Of a stretch of 64,000 bases of DNA, positions 19,243 through 28,146 are shown one piece after another; the stretch's first letter is position 1, and each line of letters opens with the position of its first letter. The notes beneath the pieces were generated by a model that saw nothing but the letters and a program-made list of their open reading frames with translations, had not been told where the DNA came from and made no database searches. A program made the position numbers and the translations under genes. The DNA is from an uncultured SAR86 cluster bacterium (lineage in GTDB: Bacteria > Pseudomonadota > Gammaproteobacteria > Magnimaribacterales > D2472), in contig CACJKN010000002.1 in the NCBI GenBank assembly GCA_902594005.1, positions 3,639-67,638 on the forward strand, in the 5' to 3' direction.

Positions 19243-19986
19243 ATGAAAGATTACCTAAATTATGATGGTTTGGCTGTTATGGCTCATCGAGGCGGCTCTC
19301 TTGAAGCTCCTGAAAATACCCTTGAATCATTCAAATACGCTTTAGATATTGGTTCAGATATCATTGAAACAGACATACAACTAAGCTCTGATGGTATTCC
19401 ATATATCTTTCATGATGATGACTTAAAAAGAATCCCTGGTATAGAAAAGAATTTTAATGAGCTTTTAGCTTCTGAAATAGATGAATTAAATATTTTTGAT
19501 GATTGCAAAATACCAACACTTGAAGAAACGCTAAAACAATTTCCTAATACTAAATTTCAAATTGATTTTAAAACAGATGAAGTAGTCGATCCTGCAATTG
19601 AGATAATTAATAAGTTGCCACATATTAAAAAGAATTTATGTGTTGCCAGTTTTTCAAGTCAAAGACTACAAAAAATTAAATCTAAACTTAGTGACGTAAC
19701 CTATTCAATGGGTCCTCATGAAGTACTTAAGCTTCTTCTTAAAAGCTTTGGAATATATAGAGGTGAAATTACTGGTGATTGCCTGCAAATACCAATTTAC
19801 AGATATGGCATTAAGATTGTTACAAGGAGATTTGTAGATTTTTGTAAACATGAGAATATCAAGATTTCTGTTTGGACAATTAATAGTATTGAAGAAATGG
19901 ACTATCTGATTGACTTAGATGTGGATGGCATAATAACAGATAAGCCTAAAGCTTTGATCAATCTGCTTGCTTCAAAAAATACTTAA
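19243..19986 (+). CDS. Glycerophosphodiester phosphodiesterase (GDPD, UgpQ-like)
   Basis: MAHRGGSLEAPENT, IETDIQLSSDG, VWTIN and GIITDKP are typical GDPD blocks. Confidence 0.8.
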   Translation: MKDYLNYDGLAVMAHRGGSLEAPENTLESFKYALDIGSDIIETDIQLSSDGIPYIFHDDDLKRIPGIEKNFNELLASEIDELNIFDDCKIPTLEETLKQFPNTKFQIDFKTDEVVDPAIEIINKLPHIKKNLCVASFSSQRLQKIKSKLSDVTYSMGPHEVLKLLLKSFGIYRGEITGDCLQIPIYRYGIKIVTRRFVDFCKHENIKISVWTINSIEEMDYLIDLDVDGIITDKPKALINLLASKNT

Positions 19987-20155
19987 CAAGAGCTTTTCTT
20001 GCAAAATAATACATAGGGAGAATAATAATTGAGCAAATTAGTATTTCTACTCCAATACTATAATCAATAAGAGATCTTATATATCTTGCAATGAATAAAC
20101 TTATAAGGCCCATTAGTGAATAAAAGATAATTGAATTCTTGCTAAATAATTTCAT
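19958..20155 (-). CDS. Hypothetical small membrane protein (2 predicted TM)
   Basis: 65-aa hydrophobic ORF overlapping the upstream MFS gene by 14 bp (possible coupling) and the convergent GDPD gene by 29 bp. No recognisable motif. Confidence 0.3.
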   Translation of the reverse strand: MKLFSKNSIIFYSLMGLISLFIARYIRSLIDYSIGVEILICSIIILPMYYFARKALVKYFLKQAD

Positions 20156-21383
20156 TTGGATATTTCACGTATCTTAATAAAAACCCGCCGGCAATAAACA
20201 ACACAATAATTGGTACAAGAGCTATTTGTAGATTATTAAATATACCTATAAACATTCCAACTAATGCAGGACCCATCACAGATCCGGCTCTGCCAAATGT
20301 ATTGTAAAAACCAAAAAACTCGCCAGATTTATTTGTAGGAATTATTTTGGAGAAAAAGCTTCTCGATGCAGCTTGAATACCGCCCTGGACTGAACCTATC
20401 AGTACTGCCATAACATAAAATTCTGAAGAGTTGGAAAGTGCTGTTGAGTAAATAACAACGCATATATAAATAAAGATGGTTGCATAAAGAACGACTTTAT
20501 CGTCATATTTATTACCAATATAAGACCAAAAAAGTGTTGATGGGAATGCAACAAATTGAACTAAAATTAGTGCAACAATAATCGCCGATTGATCAATTCC
20601 AATGTTTTCAGCAAAAATTGCTGCAAGCGACATAATTGTATGAACACCATCAATATACAAAAAGAAGGCAAATAAAAATAACAAAACATTTTTATTTTTC
20701 TGAATATCTCTAAACGTGGTTACAAATCCACCAAGAACTTCTTTGAGATTTCCAGTTTTTTCAACTTCACGCTCTTTATAATTAATTGCTAAAGGAAGTA
20801 AGAAAATAAACCACCACACTGATACAGTTATAAATGCCCATCTTACTGCTTCAGCTTCATTACTTAAGCCAAAGGTTTCAGGTTGAAGGACCATGAAAGC
20901 ATTCAAGGCAAATAACAACCCTCCCCCCAAGTATCCTAATGCATAACCATAGCTAGATACTTTTGTTAGCTGATCTTCTGAAGCAACATAAACCAGCATT
21001 TTGTCATAGAGCACAACTGCTGAAGCAAAAGAGAAAAATGAAATGCCATAAAGAATGAGAGCCATTAACCATTTGCCCATCGGAATAAAGTAAAAGGAGG
21101 CAACTGATACAATTGATAATAAAGTAAAAATTATAAATAGAATCTTTGTTAGTCTTTTATAGTCGGTTACTGCACCAATAATTGGAGCTGAAACAAGAAT
21201 AATTAAATTTATTATTGTTAGTGCAAATGCAAGATATTGAGTTGCTTGAAGTGACTCAAGATCATTAGACCAGTAGCTTGCATAAAATAGTGGAAAAAAT
21301 GCAGCAATAACTGTGGTTGCATAGGCTGAGTTACCGAAATCATAGAATATCCAAGACTTAATTTCTTTGTTAAAATCCTTCAT
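20142..21383 (-). CDS. MFS transporter, UMF1/Atg22-like family
   Basis: WIFYDFGNSAYATTVIAAFFPLFY N-terminus typical of UMF1. About 12 TM. Confidence 0.65.
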   Translation of the reverse strand: MKDFNKEIKSWIFYDFGNSAYATTVIAAFFPLFYASYWSNDLESLQATQYLAFALTIINLIILVSAPIIGAVTDYKRLTKILFIIFTLLSIVSVASFYFIPMGKWLMALILYGISFFSFASAVVLYDKMLVYVASEDQLTKVSSYGYALGYLGGGLLFALNAFMVLQPETFGLSNEAEAVRWAFITVSVWWFIFLLPLAINYKEREVEKTGNLKEVLGGFVTTFRDIQKNKNVLLFLFAFFLYIDGVHTIMSLAAIFAENIGIDQSAIIVALILVQFVAFPSTLFWSYIGNKYDDKVVLYATIFIYICVVIYSTALSNSSEFYVMAVLIGSVQGGIQAASRSFFSKIIPTNKSGEFFGFYNTFGRAGSVMGPALVGMFIGIFNNLQIALVPIIVLFIAGGFLLRYVKYPNEII

Positions 21384-21507
21384 AATTCTTTAATTAAATA
21401 TGAACGATAACGAAACAACGAAGTTCGCAACATTCTTTTTGGTTGGCATAGCACTATTAGTTTTTCTTCTTGGTGTTGGCTCATATTTTTATAGTATATA
21501 TATGTAA

Positions 21508-21843
21508 TTACCCCGGTGGCCACGAAAGTGGTCTTCCAGCCAGCAGATGTAAGTGAAGATGAAAGACTGACTGTCCGGCTTTCGCTCCATTATTAATAAC
21601 AATCCTAAAAGCATCTTTTGTATCATGATCTTCCGCTATTTTGTTGGCAGCAATAAGAAGCTTTCCCAATAATGCGCTATCGCTCTCATCTGATAAAGAT
21701 AGTTGGGGAATTTCTTTTTTGGGGATTATTAAAATATGAATAGGAGCTTGAGGATTAATATCATTAAAAGCTATACAAAAATCATCCTCATATAAAATAT
21801 CTGTCGGTATTTCTTTATCGATAATTTTTTTAAAGATGGTCAT
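21508..21843 (-). CDS. HIT-family nucleotide hydrolase (HinT-like)
   Basis: Histidine triad QSVFHLHLHLLAG. 111 aa. Confidence 0.85.
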   Translation of the reverse strand: MTIFKKIIDKEIPTDILYEDDFCIAFNDINPQAPIHILIIPKKEIPQLSLSDESDSALLGKLLIAANKIAEDHDTKDAFRIVINNGAKAGQSVFHLHLHLLAGRPLSWPPG

Positions 21844-21845
21844 GC

Positions 21846-22037
21846 CTACATGAAAACTCTTGGCAGAACCCTAATAGCAATATAAAAAATTCCTGCGGTC
21901 ATAACGAGACCTAGAAAAATCACTAAAAGATCTCTTAAAAATGCTGTTAACCTTCCATTTCTTTTAGCTTTTACTAAATTAATTATAAAAAATGTTATAG
22001 CTAAGAGTGATGCGGTAAGTATTAATATTTGAATCAT
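21846..22037 (-). CDS. Hypothetical small membrane protein
   Basis: 63 aa, two hydrophobic helices. Tightly packed between dedA and HIT (7-bp and 2-bp gaps). Confidence 0.35.
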   Translation of the reverse strand: MIQILILTASLLAITFFIINLVKAKRNGRLTAFLRDLLVIFLGLVMTAGIFYIAIRVLPRVFM

Positions 22038-22044
22038 AATAAGT

Positions 22045-22548
22045 TTATAAAATTGAGCTTAATCCTGTAGTGAGTATTATAAGGCCAAAACCCCATACCG
22101 AAATAGCTAAAATAGATGCTCTATAGAATTTCATAAATTCCATACCTGTCATCCCTATTAAAAATGGAACAATAGCCCTCATGGCAGGAATAAATCTACC
22201 CAATACAACTGTAAGTTGACCAAATCTATCAATAAAATTATTTCCTCTCTCAATAATACTCTCTCTTTTTTTAAAAAACTGTGTCTCAAGCACAAGTGGA
22301 CCAAATCTTTTTCCTAAAACAAAGCTGATAACATCGCCCGCATGCGCTCCAATCATAGCTAAAGGAACTATGCTATATAAATCAAGAAGATTGTTGTTAT
22401 AAAGAAATACGCAAATTGAAAAAAGAATTGCACTTGAGAGAATGCTACCCACAACAACAAGTGATTCAGCAAAAGCAAATAATAAGATTAATAAATACGA
22501 ATATTGGAGATTATTTGCAATAAAATCTAAAACGTTATCTAGTGACAT
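22045..22548 (-). CDS. DedA-family membrane protein
   Basis: 167 aa. GKRFG...LGRFIP..R...P...G pattern of the DedA/SNARE-associated family. Confidence 0.75.
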   Translation of the reverse strand: MSLDNVLDFIANNLQYSYLLILLFAFAESLVVVGSILSSAILFSICVFLYNNNLLDLYSIVPLAMIGAHAGDVISFVLGKRFGPLVLETQFFKKRESIIERGNNFIDRFGQLTVVLGRFIPAMRAIVPFLIGMTGMEFMKFYRASILAISVWGFGLIILTTGLSSIL

Positions 22549-23671
22549 CTAAATTATCCAAAATTTGTTCAAATGAAACTAATTTAAAGTTTTGATTTAC
22601 TTTATTTTCGCCAGTGTAGTTGTATCCATCTTGGACAATCATGACTCCTAATGGAAAATCATCACAAAAATCTAACTGGTTTTTATTATCTTTGCATTTT
22701 AAATTGTAATTAAGCGTCTCGATTCCATCTGTATCTGAAACACCATCAATACTTCCATTTCCAATAATCTTGAAACTACTAATAAAACCATATGGGGCTT
22801 GTCTGTTATAAATATTAAACTTGCCATCGCCTTGTGATGAAAGAATAATATAACCATCATTCTTGTCTGTCTTGTAAATAGACACTCCTTCAGGATCGCC
22901 AAATATTTGACCTCTTCTAGAATCAATTAAAAATGGTTTACCTACAAAATCAAAGTTTTTATCGAATTTATATGCTTTTAAATTTCCTCTTACATTTTCC
23001 TCTGAAATAAAGAGCGTTGAATTTTCATCGTCAAATACACATCCTTCAGATTCTCCTCCGTTACTGAAGGTTTTTAACAAATTTAATCCATTTCCATCTA
23101 AATAATAAACCTCAACATCGGGACCCCTATCTTCAGTTACAAATACTACAAATCCATATTTTGGATGTACTCCGGCACATGTTCCATATATATTTGATTC
23201 AGATTTAACTCTGAAATTTGGCTTTACTGGAATTTGAAAATTATTTTTAGTATTTGAAAGTTCTGACATCATGGAATCATTTATTTCCTCATCGATGAAT
23301 ATCCATAAATCTACAGTATTTAAGGATCTATTAGTACCTACCAAGAATGAATAATCTTTTTTTGTTTTAATATTATTATTTTTAAAGTCGAGATTTAACG
23401 TCCTTGTATCTATATTGTTTATTTGGCCTACTGGAGAGAACGTAATTTTATCTCCCCTTAAGTTATATGCATAAATACCCGCTCTCTTATCAGTACCAAA
23501 TACTATAGATAAAGCAGGAAATTCTTTATTAAGCCAAAAAGCAGGATCATCAGCAGCATCACCCCTTGTATCTATTGGGGGAGTTTCATAAATTGGATAA
23601 ACCTCAAAAATGTCTGAGTAGGTATATTGTATTGAAAGAAAACAAAAAAAATATAATAAATACTTATGCAT
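22535..23671 (-). CDS. Beta-propeller phytase (3-phytase), exported
   Basis: Signal peptide MHKYLLYFFCFLSIQYTYS; DAADDPAFWLN, SEGCVFDDE and DPEGVSIY blocks; repeated propeller-like DGxxxT/E segments. Confidence 0.75.
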   Translation of the reverse strand: MHKYLLYFFCFLSIQYTYSDIFEVYPIYETPPIDTRGDAADDPAFWLNKEFPALSIVFGTDKRAGIYAYNLRGDKITFSPVGQINNIDTRTLNLDFKNNNIKTKKDYSFLVGTNRSLNTVDLWIFIDEEINDSMMSELSNTKNNFQIPVKPNFRVKSESNIYGTCAGVHPKYGFVVFVTEDRGPDVEVYYLDGNGLNLLKTFSNGGESEGCVFDDENSTLFISEENVRGNLKAYKFDKNFDFVGKPFLIDSRRGQIFGDPEGVSIYKTDKNDGYIILSSQGDGKFNIYNRQAPYGFISSFKIIGNGSIDGVSDTDGIETLNYNLKCKDNKNQLDFCDDFPLGVMIVQDGYNYTGENKVNQNFKLVSFEQILDNLDVTR

Positions 23672-23679
23672 AATTTTTA

Positions 23680-24276
23680 TTATGATGATTGGTTTATCCA
23701 GTTTAATAAATAAGCATGTGCGGCCCTGTGAGCCTCAATCTTCCCAATCTCATTAAGAGAATTATTTTCTTTAACATTTAAAGAGAAAACAGAAATTATT
23801 ATTTGTAACATAACCCTGAATACCCCATCTTTATCAAACATTTCAGGTAATTTTATATTTGATTCAACATAGGTTTTCATTTCCGACGATAATCCATGAA
23901 TTGATTCTGAGGGTAATGAAGGAGATATAGTGTTTGAAAGAATGAGTATTTGAGCAGGTTTACAATCTATAAAGAAATTATAAATGATCTCAATAGCTCT
24001 CATTACAACTACAGATGTTTGATCAGTATTTATTGATTCTGTCTTTTCTTTAAAAATCTTTTCACAATTATTTAAGTATCTATTTATCATGAATTCTTTT
24101 AAAGCATCAGGTGTTGGAAAAAATTTATAGGTTGATGTCCTTTTAAGATCTGAATATTTGGCAATATTTGCAATTGTTATTGAATCTAAACCTCTTTGCT
24201 CTAAAAGATTTTCTGCTGTTTCAAAAATTTTCTCAATTCGCTTTCTACTTCTTGCTTGTTTAGCCAAATTTTCCAT
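23680..24276 (-). CDS. TetR-family transcriptional regulator
   Basis: N-terminal HTH: GLDSITIANIAKYSDLKRTSTYKFFP. Confidence 0.75.
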   Translation of the reverse strand: MENLAKQARSRKRIEKIFETAENLLEQRGLDSITIANIAKYSDLKRTSTYKFFPTPDALKEFMINRYLNNCEKIFKEKTESINTDQTSVVVMRAIEIIYNFFIDCKPAQILILSNTISPSLPSESIHGLSSEMKTYVESNIKLPEMFDKDGVFRVMLQIIISVFSLNVKENNSLNEIGKIEAHRAAHAYLLNWINQSS

Positions 24277-24320
24277 ACAACAATTATGAACAAATGTTAC
24301 AAAAAGTAAATTAAAAGGAA

Positions 24321-25238
24321 TTAAAATTTATATTCTGTTCCAACAGAAATATAATCGACCTTTCCTTTGTTGGAAGACTCTCTTGAAGACTGGTGTATAA
24401 AAATCTTGGTCTTGTCATTAATCTTATAGGTATAACCAAATGATCTTTGCTCTCCATCATCTATTTTCATATCAGATTTAGCATTTTGAAAATATATAGA
24501 ACTTTTAACAGATAGCTTTCTGTTAATGCTAAAGATATGACCTTCATCTTTTTTATTTGTTGATATCTTTTTAGAGTTTTGCAGCAATAATCCAATATCA
24601 AAGTTATAAACAGCAAACATTAAAGCAAGTCTTGTGCTATCAAAACCCTTAGCATCTTTATCTACGGATAATGCTGAATTAATATTCTCTGTTTTATATG
24701 TAATTGAGTAAGAATAAAAGTCGCCTGATGATTGGCTGATAGAGTTTAAGCTTACTTTCATGCCCTCAATTAATTCAGGACTTTCATATCCTACAAAGCT
24801 ATTCATCCTATTTTCGCCTTGTAAAATATATTTTATATCTGCTCTTGTGTCGTTAAATAGGTCTACTTTTAATTGTCCTAACTTTAAGGCAGAATCATAG
24901 GTTCCTGCGTAAAGTTTACCAAAATCACCTTTGATACCAACGAACGTATTTCTCTCTTTAAAAACCTTCTCGCCGTCAGCTTTGCCATCGGTGGGATCAA
25001 TTTCATTCTCTGCCTGGAAAATTAATGAGTATTTGTCATTTAATTTAAAATTACCTTTAATACCAATTCTTGATGCATTATTTACAAAATTAGTATTTGA
25101 TTCTTCTGCAGAATCTTCGTTCTCATAACTAAAATTTAATTTGCCATAAAATGAAACACTGGCTGTAATACTTGAAGTAAAGAAAATTAATGCGGATAAA
25201 GCAAACAGCTTTTTGGCCCTCATTATTTTAAACTCCAA
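24321..25238 (-). CDS. Small outer-membrane porin (general Gram-negative porin-like)
   Basis: Signal peptide, FYGKLNFSYEN...NASRIGIKGNFKL...TFVGIKGDFGKLYAG beta-strand pattern, C-terminal ...VGTEYKF (terminal Phe). The true start may be the MRAKK Met at 25223. Confidence 0.7.
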   Translation of the reverse strand: MEFKIMRAKKLFALSALIFFTSSITASVSFYGKLNFSYENEDSAEESNTNFVNNASRIGIKGNFKLNDKYSLIFQAENEIDPTDGKADGEKVFKERNTFVGIKGDFGKLYAGTYDSALKLGQLKVDLFNDTRADIKYILQGENRMNSFVGYESPELIEGMKVSLNSISQSSGDFYSYSITYKTENINSALSVDKDAKGFDSTRLALMFAVYNFDIGLLLQNSKKISTNKKDEGHIFSINRKLSVKSSIYFQNAKSDMKIDDGEQRSFGYTYKINDKTKIFIHQSSRESSNKGKVDYISVGTEYKF

Positions 25239-26475
25239 ATATAAATCTAATTGTAAAGAAGAAGAATGCTGTTAAAACTGCTCCCACTGGAATGGTGACA
25301 AGCCATGAAAGGATTATTCTTCCAATTGATGAATAATCCAGATGCGATACACCTTTAGCTAAACCAACTCCTATGACCGCTCCAACAAGTGTATGAGTAG
25401 TCGAGATTGGAAAACCAATGTACGTTGCGGCAACAACTGTCGATGCTGCGGCCATTTCAGCAGAAAACCCTAAACTAGGAGTTAGTGTTGTTATCTTTGT
25501 ACCAACAGTTTTGATAACTCGGCCACCAAGCATCGCTAATCCAAAAACTATACCTGCACCACCGATAAGAAGAACATAGGGACTAACCGCTGATTTAGCA
25601 CCAATAGCTCCTTCGGAAGTAACGCTTATAATTGCTGACATTGGACCAATTGCATTTGCAACATCATTTGATCCATGGGCAAAGGCCATAGCTGAAGCTG
25701 TAACAATCATTAAAATAGCAAATGCAGACTCAACTCCATATTCTCTTATTTTTTCACTATTGAGTCGGAGAAGAATGGCTGTGATTATTGAAACCACAAC
25801 ACCAAATATAACTGTAACTAGCAACACCTCACTATCAGATAGAGGAAGGCCAACATGCTTTAATCCTTTTCTTGCTGTTACTAAAGCAATTATGATCGCA
25901 ACAAAAAAGCTATATATGGGAATTAATGAGACTGCTGCCTGGGATGGGTCTCTCCTATCCAAGATAAACTTTTTTGCACTAAGATAAATAAAGAATGAAA
26001 ATGTTCCTGCAAATACTGGGGAAGTAACCCAGCTGGCAGCAATAGTTCCAACTTTTCCCCATGATACTGCGTAAAACCCAGCAGAAACGATCACAAAGCC
26101 AACAATAGATCCAACAATTGAGTGTGTAGTTGAAACAGGCCAACCTTTTGAACTTGCAATTAGCAACCAAGTTGCAGCTGCCAGTAATGCTGACATCATT
26201 CCAATAATAAATATATTTTCTTGACCTACATATAGATCTGGATCAACTATGCCTTTTCTAATAGTTGAAGTAACTTCACCTCCAGCAAGATAAGCGCCAA
26301 GAAATTCAAAGACAGCAGCAATTAATATTGCTTGTTTAAATGTTATTGCCTTGCTACCAACTGAAGTCCCCATTGCATTTGCAACATCATTGGCTCCAAT
26401 TCCAAAAGCCATAAAAAAACCTGCAAAAGCAGCAATTAGAAGTATTAGGGTAGGATCAAGAAAAAGAGTTTCCAT
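25228..26475 (-). CDS. pitA: Inorganic phosphate transporter, PiT family
   Basis: Duplicated GANDVANAMGT / GSNDVANAIGP signature. 415 aa polytopic. Confidence 0.9.
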   Translation of the reverse strand: METLFLDPTLILLIAAFAGFFMAFGIGANDVANAMGTSVGSKAITFKQAILIAAVFEFLGAYLAGGEVTSTIRKGIVDPDLYVGQENIFIIGMMSALLAAATWLLIASSKGWPVSTTHSIVGSIVGFVIVSAGFYAVSWGKVGTIAASWVTSPVFAGTFSFFIYLSAKKFILDRRDPSQAAVSLIPIYSFFVAIIIALVTARKGLKHVGLPLSDSEVLLVTVIFGVVVSIITAILLRLNSEKIREYGVESAFAILMIVTASAMAFAHGSNDVANAIGPMSAIISVTSEGAIGAKSAVSPYVLLIGGAGIVFGLAMLGGRVIKTVGTKITTLTPSLGFSAEMAAASTVVAATYIGFPISTTHTLVGAVIGVGLAKGVSHLDYSSIGRIILSWLVTIPVGAVLTAFFFFTIRFIFGV

Positions 26476-26480
26476 AATTT

Positions 26481-26522
26481 ATGACATTATTTAAACAATC
26501 TTTTGTAACAGATAAGTTACAA
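26481..26522 (-). promoter_or_regulatory. Candidate Pho-box-like direct repeats upstream of pit
   Basis: Minus-strand reading: TTGTAAC-TTAT-CTGTTAC-AAAA-GATTGTT-TAAA-TAATGTCAT, ending 5 nt before the pit ATG. These are 7-bp repeats at an 11-bp period with AT-rich spacers, resembling the E. coli Pho box CTGTCAT-AAAA-CTGTCAT (4/7 and 5/7 matches for the first pair). Confidence 0.3.
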
Positions 26523-26584
26523 ATATAAATCTTTTTTGTTAATTAAAAAGGAGGTTTGGTAACAAGATTGTTTATAAGAATAAT

Positions 26585-27040
26585 CTAAAAATTAATTTCA
26601 ACGATATATCCATCAAGTTTAGATTTTTGAATCTTTATATCAGAAGGATTTTTATTAAAAAAAAGAGAAAGCTCGTTAACAACATCGGCTAGCAAATCTA
26701 ATCTAGAAATTGTAAAGGTAAGATTTTCCCTACCATTAATATTTCTCAACTCAATGTTTTCTTGATTGAGTAGTTTTAGCTTCTCATTATCGGAAATGTG
26801 TTCATAAATACTCACACCAGAAAGTTTGATGTTCTGACTTTCAATATTTGCAGAAATAATATTTGCTTTCTCAAGCACATAGAGATAATCACTTTCAGTA
26901 CTTTTATGGATTCTTTTAACATTCCTTAAATCTGAAGATACAGAATTAATTAAAAAAGAAATTAAAAGGATGCCTAAAAGTCCAAGAGACAAAAGTACTA
27001 GCTTTTTTTCTCTTTCGTTTAAGTTTCTATAAAAATCCAT
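26585..27040 (-). CDS. gspM: Type II secretion system protein M
   Basis: 151 aa, single N-terminal TM (LVLLSLGLLGILLISFLI). Last gene of the gsp cluster, start overlapping the gspL stop. Call is mainly positional. Confidence 0.6.
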   Translation of the reverse strand: MDFYRNLNEREKKLVLLSLGLLGILLISFLINSVSSDLRNVKRIHKSTESDYLYVLEKANIISANIESQNIKLSGVSIYEHISDNEKLKLLNQENIELRNINGRENLTFTISRLDLLADVVNELSLFFNKNPSDIKIQKSKLDGYIVEINF

Positions 27041-28146
27041 TATGAATACCTGAATGTAAGTTTCCCTGAGACCTTATTACCATTCTCGTTAATTTCCTCA
27101 TTAATAAGTACCACACCAAAGTTGGTAAATAAACTTTTCGCCAGATTAAACTGAGAAGCAGGCATATCATCAATTTCAATAACAAGTTGTTGGGTTTCAA
27201 TTAAAATCTGAGTAGATTTAACATAATCTAAATTGAATCTATCAATATACTTGAAGTACGAATTATCAAAATTATATCTTTCAATAGATTGCGTTTGTTG
27301 ATTTGCAAGAAGTTGATCAATCTGTGCACGAGCGTTAATCACTCTATTAAAGCTTGGATTGAGCGTTTTAAAAATTATAAGAGTCTCCTTTTTATAATTA
27401 TCTATTTGACTTTGAAGGATATTTTTTTGGATAAAAGGAAAACTAACCATTATTAAAAATATTGCAGACAGAGCTATAACATCTCTTTTAGTTATCATCA
27501 ATTTGTTTAAAACATTTGCAATAGTCGGCCTAAATTTAAAGAAATTAATACTAGAGTCATTTGATGCAAGAAATTGTTCTTGCAACTCCTCTAAATCTCC
27601 TGATTTTTCTTCAAGGTCATCAATAGCTATAGACTCTAAAAAGGAATCAGAGTGTTCATTTGGTATGGAGAATCCTCTACCGTCTGAAAGCTTAATTAAT
27701 GATTTATGTTTGGTATTTACTGAAACACCTGTATCTGTTTCACCGAGCAAGAAATATTCTGGAATTAAAAAGATTTTATTATTAAGTTTACTTAGCTCAT
27801 TCTGAATATCTTCATAATATTCCTTATCAATGAGAAAAACTAAATCATTGTTATTTTCTGAGAAAGAGAAAAATTCCTGGTTAGAAATATCATTTACAAG
27901 AATATCTTCTTTATCTGCAAAGAACCTTGCTTCATATTTCTCTTTTGTTTCGCCTTCTTCTTTGTTGAAGTTGAACGTTGAAATCTTTGAGCTATCTAAA
28001 AGAAGATAAATTATTGAAGCAGGATCAATATTATTTTTTAAATCACTTAAAGATATTTCTTCTTCCTGAATCTTTTTATTACCTTCAAAGCAAACTAAAT
28101 TAAGCTTCTTTGAAGAAAAATCTGTTGAAATAATATATTGCTTCAT
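27040..28146 (-). CDS. gspL: Type II secretion system protein L
   Basis: 368 aa, cytoplasmic N-domain plus a central TM (VIALSAIFLIMVSFPFI) plus a periplasmic C-domain. Located between gspK and gspM. Mainly positional/architectural. Confidence 0.6.
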   Translation of the reverse strand: MKQYIISTDFSSKKLNLVCFEGNKKIQEEEISLSDLKNNIDPASIIYLLLDSSKISTFNFNKEEGETKEKYEARFFADKEDILVNDISNQEFFSFSENNNDLVFLIDKEYYEDIQNELSKLNNKIFLIPEYFLLGETDTGVSVNTKHKSLIKLSDGRGFSIPNEHSDSFLESIAIDDLEEKSGDLEELQEQFLASNDSSINFFKFRPTIANVLNKLMITKRDVIALSAIFLIMVSFPFIQKNILQSQIDNYKKETLIIFKTLNPSFNRVINARAQIDQLLANQQTQSIERYNFDNSYFKYIDRFNLDYVKSTQILIETQQLVIEIDDMPASQFNLAKSLFTNFGVVLINEEINENGNKVSGKLTFRYS

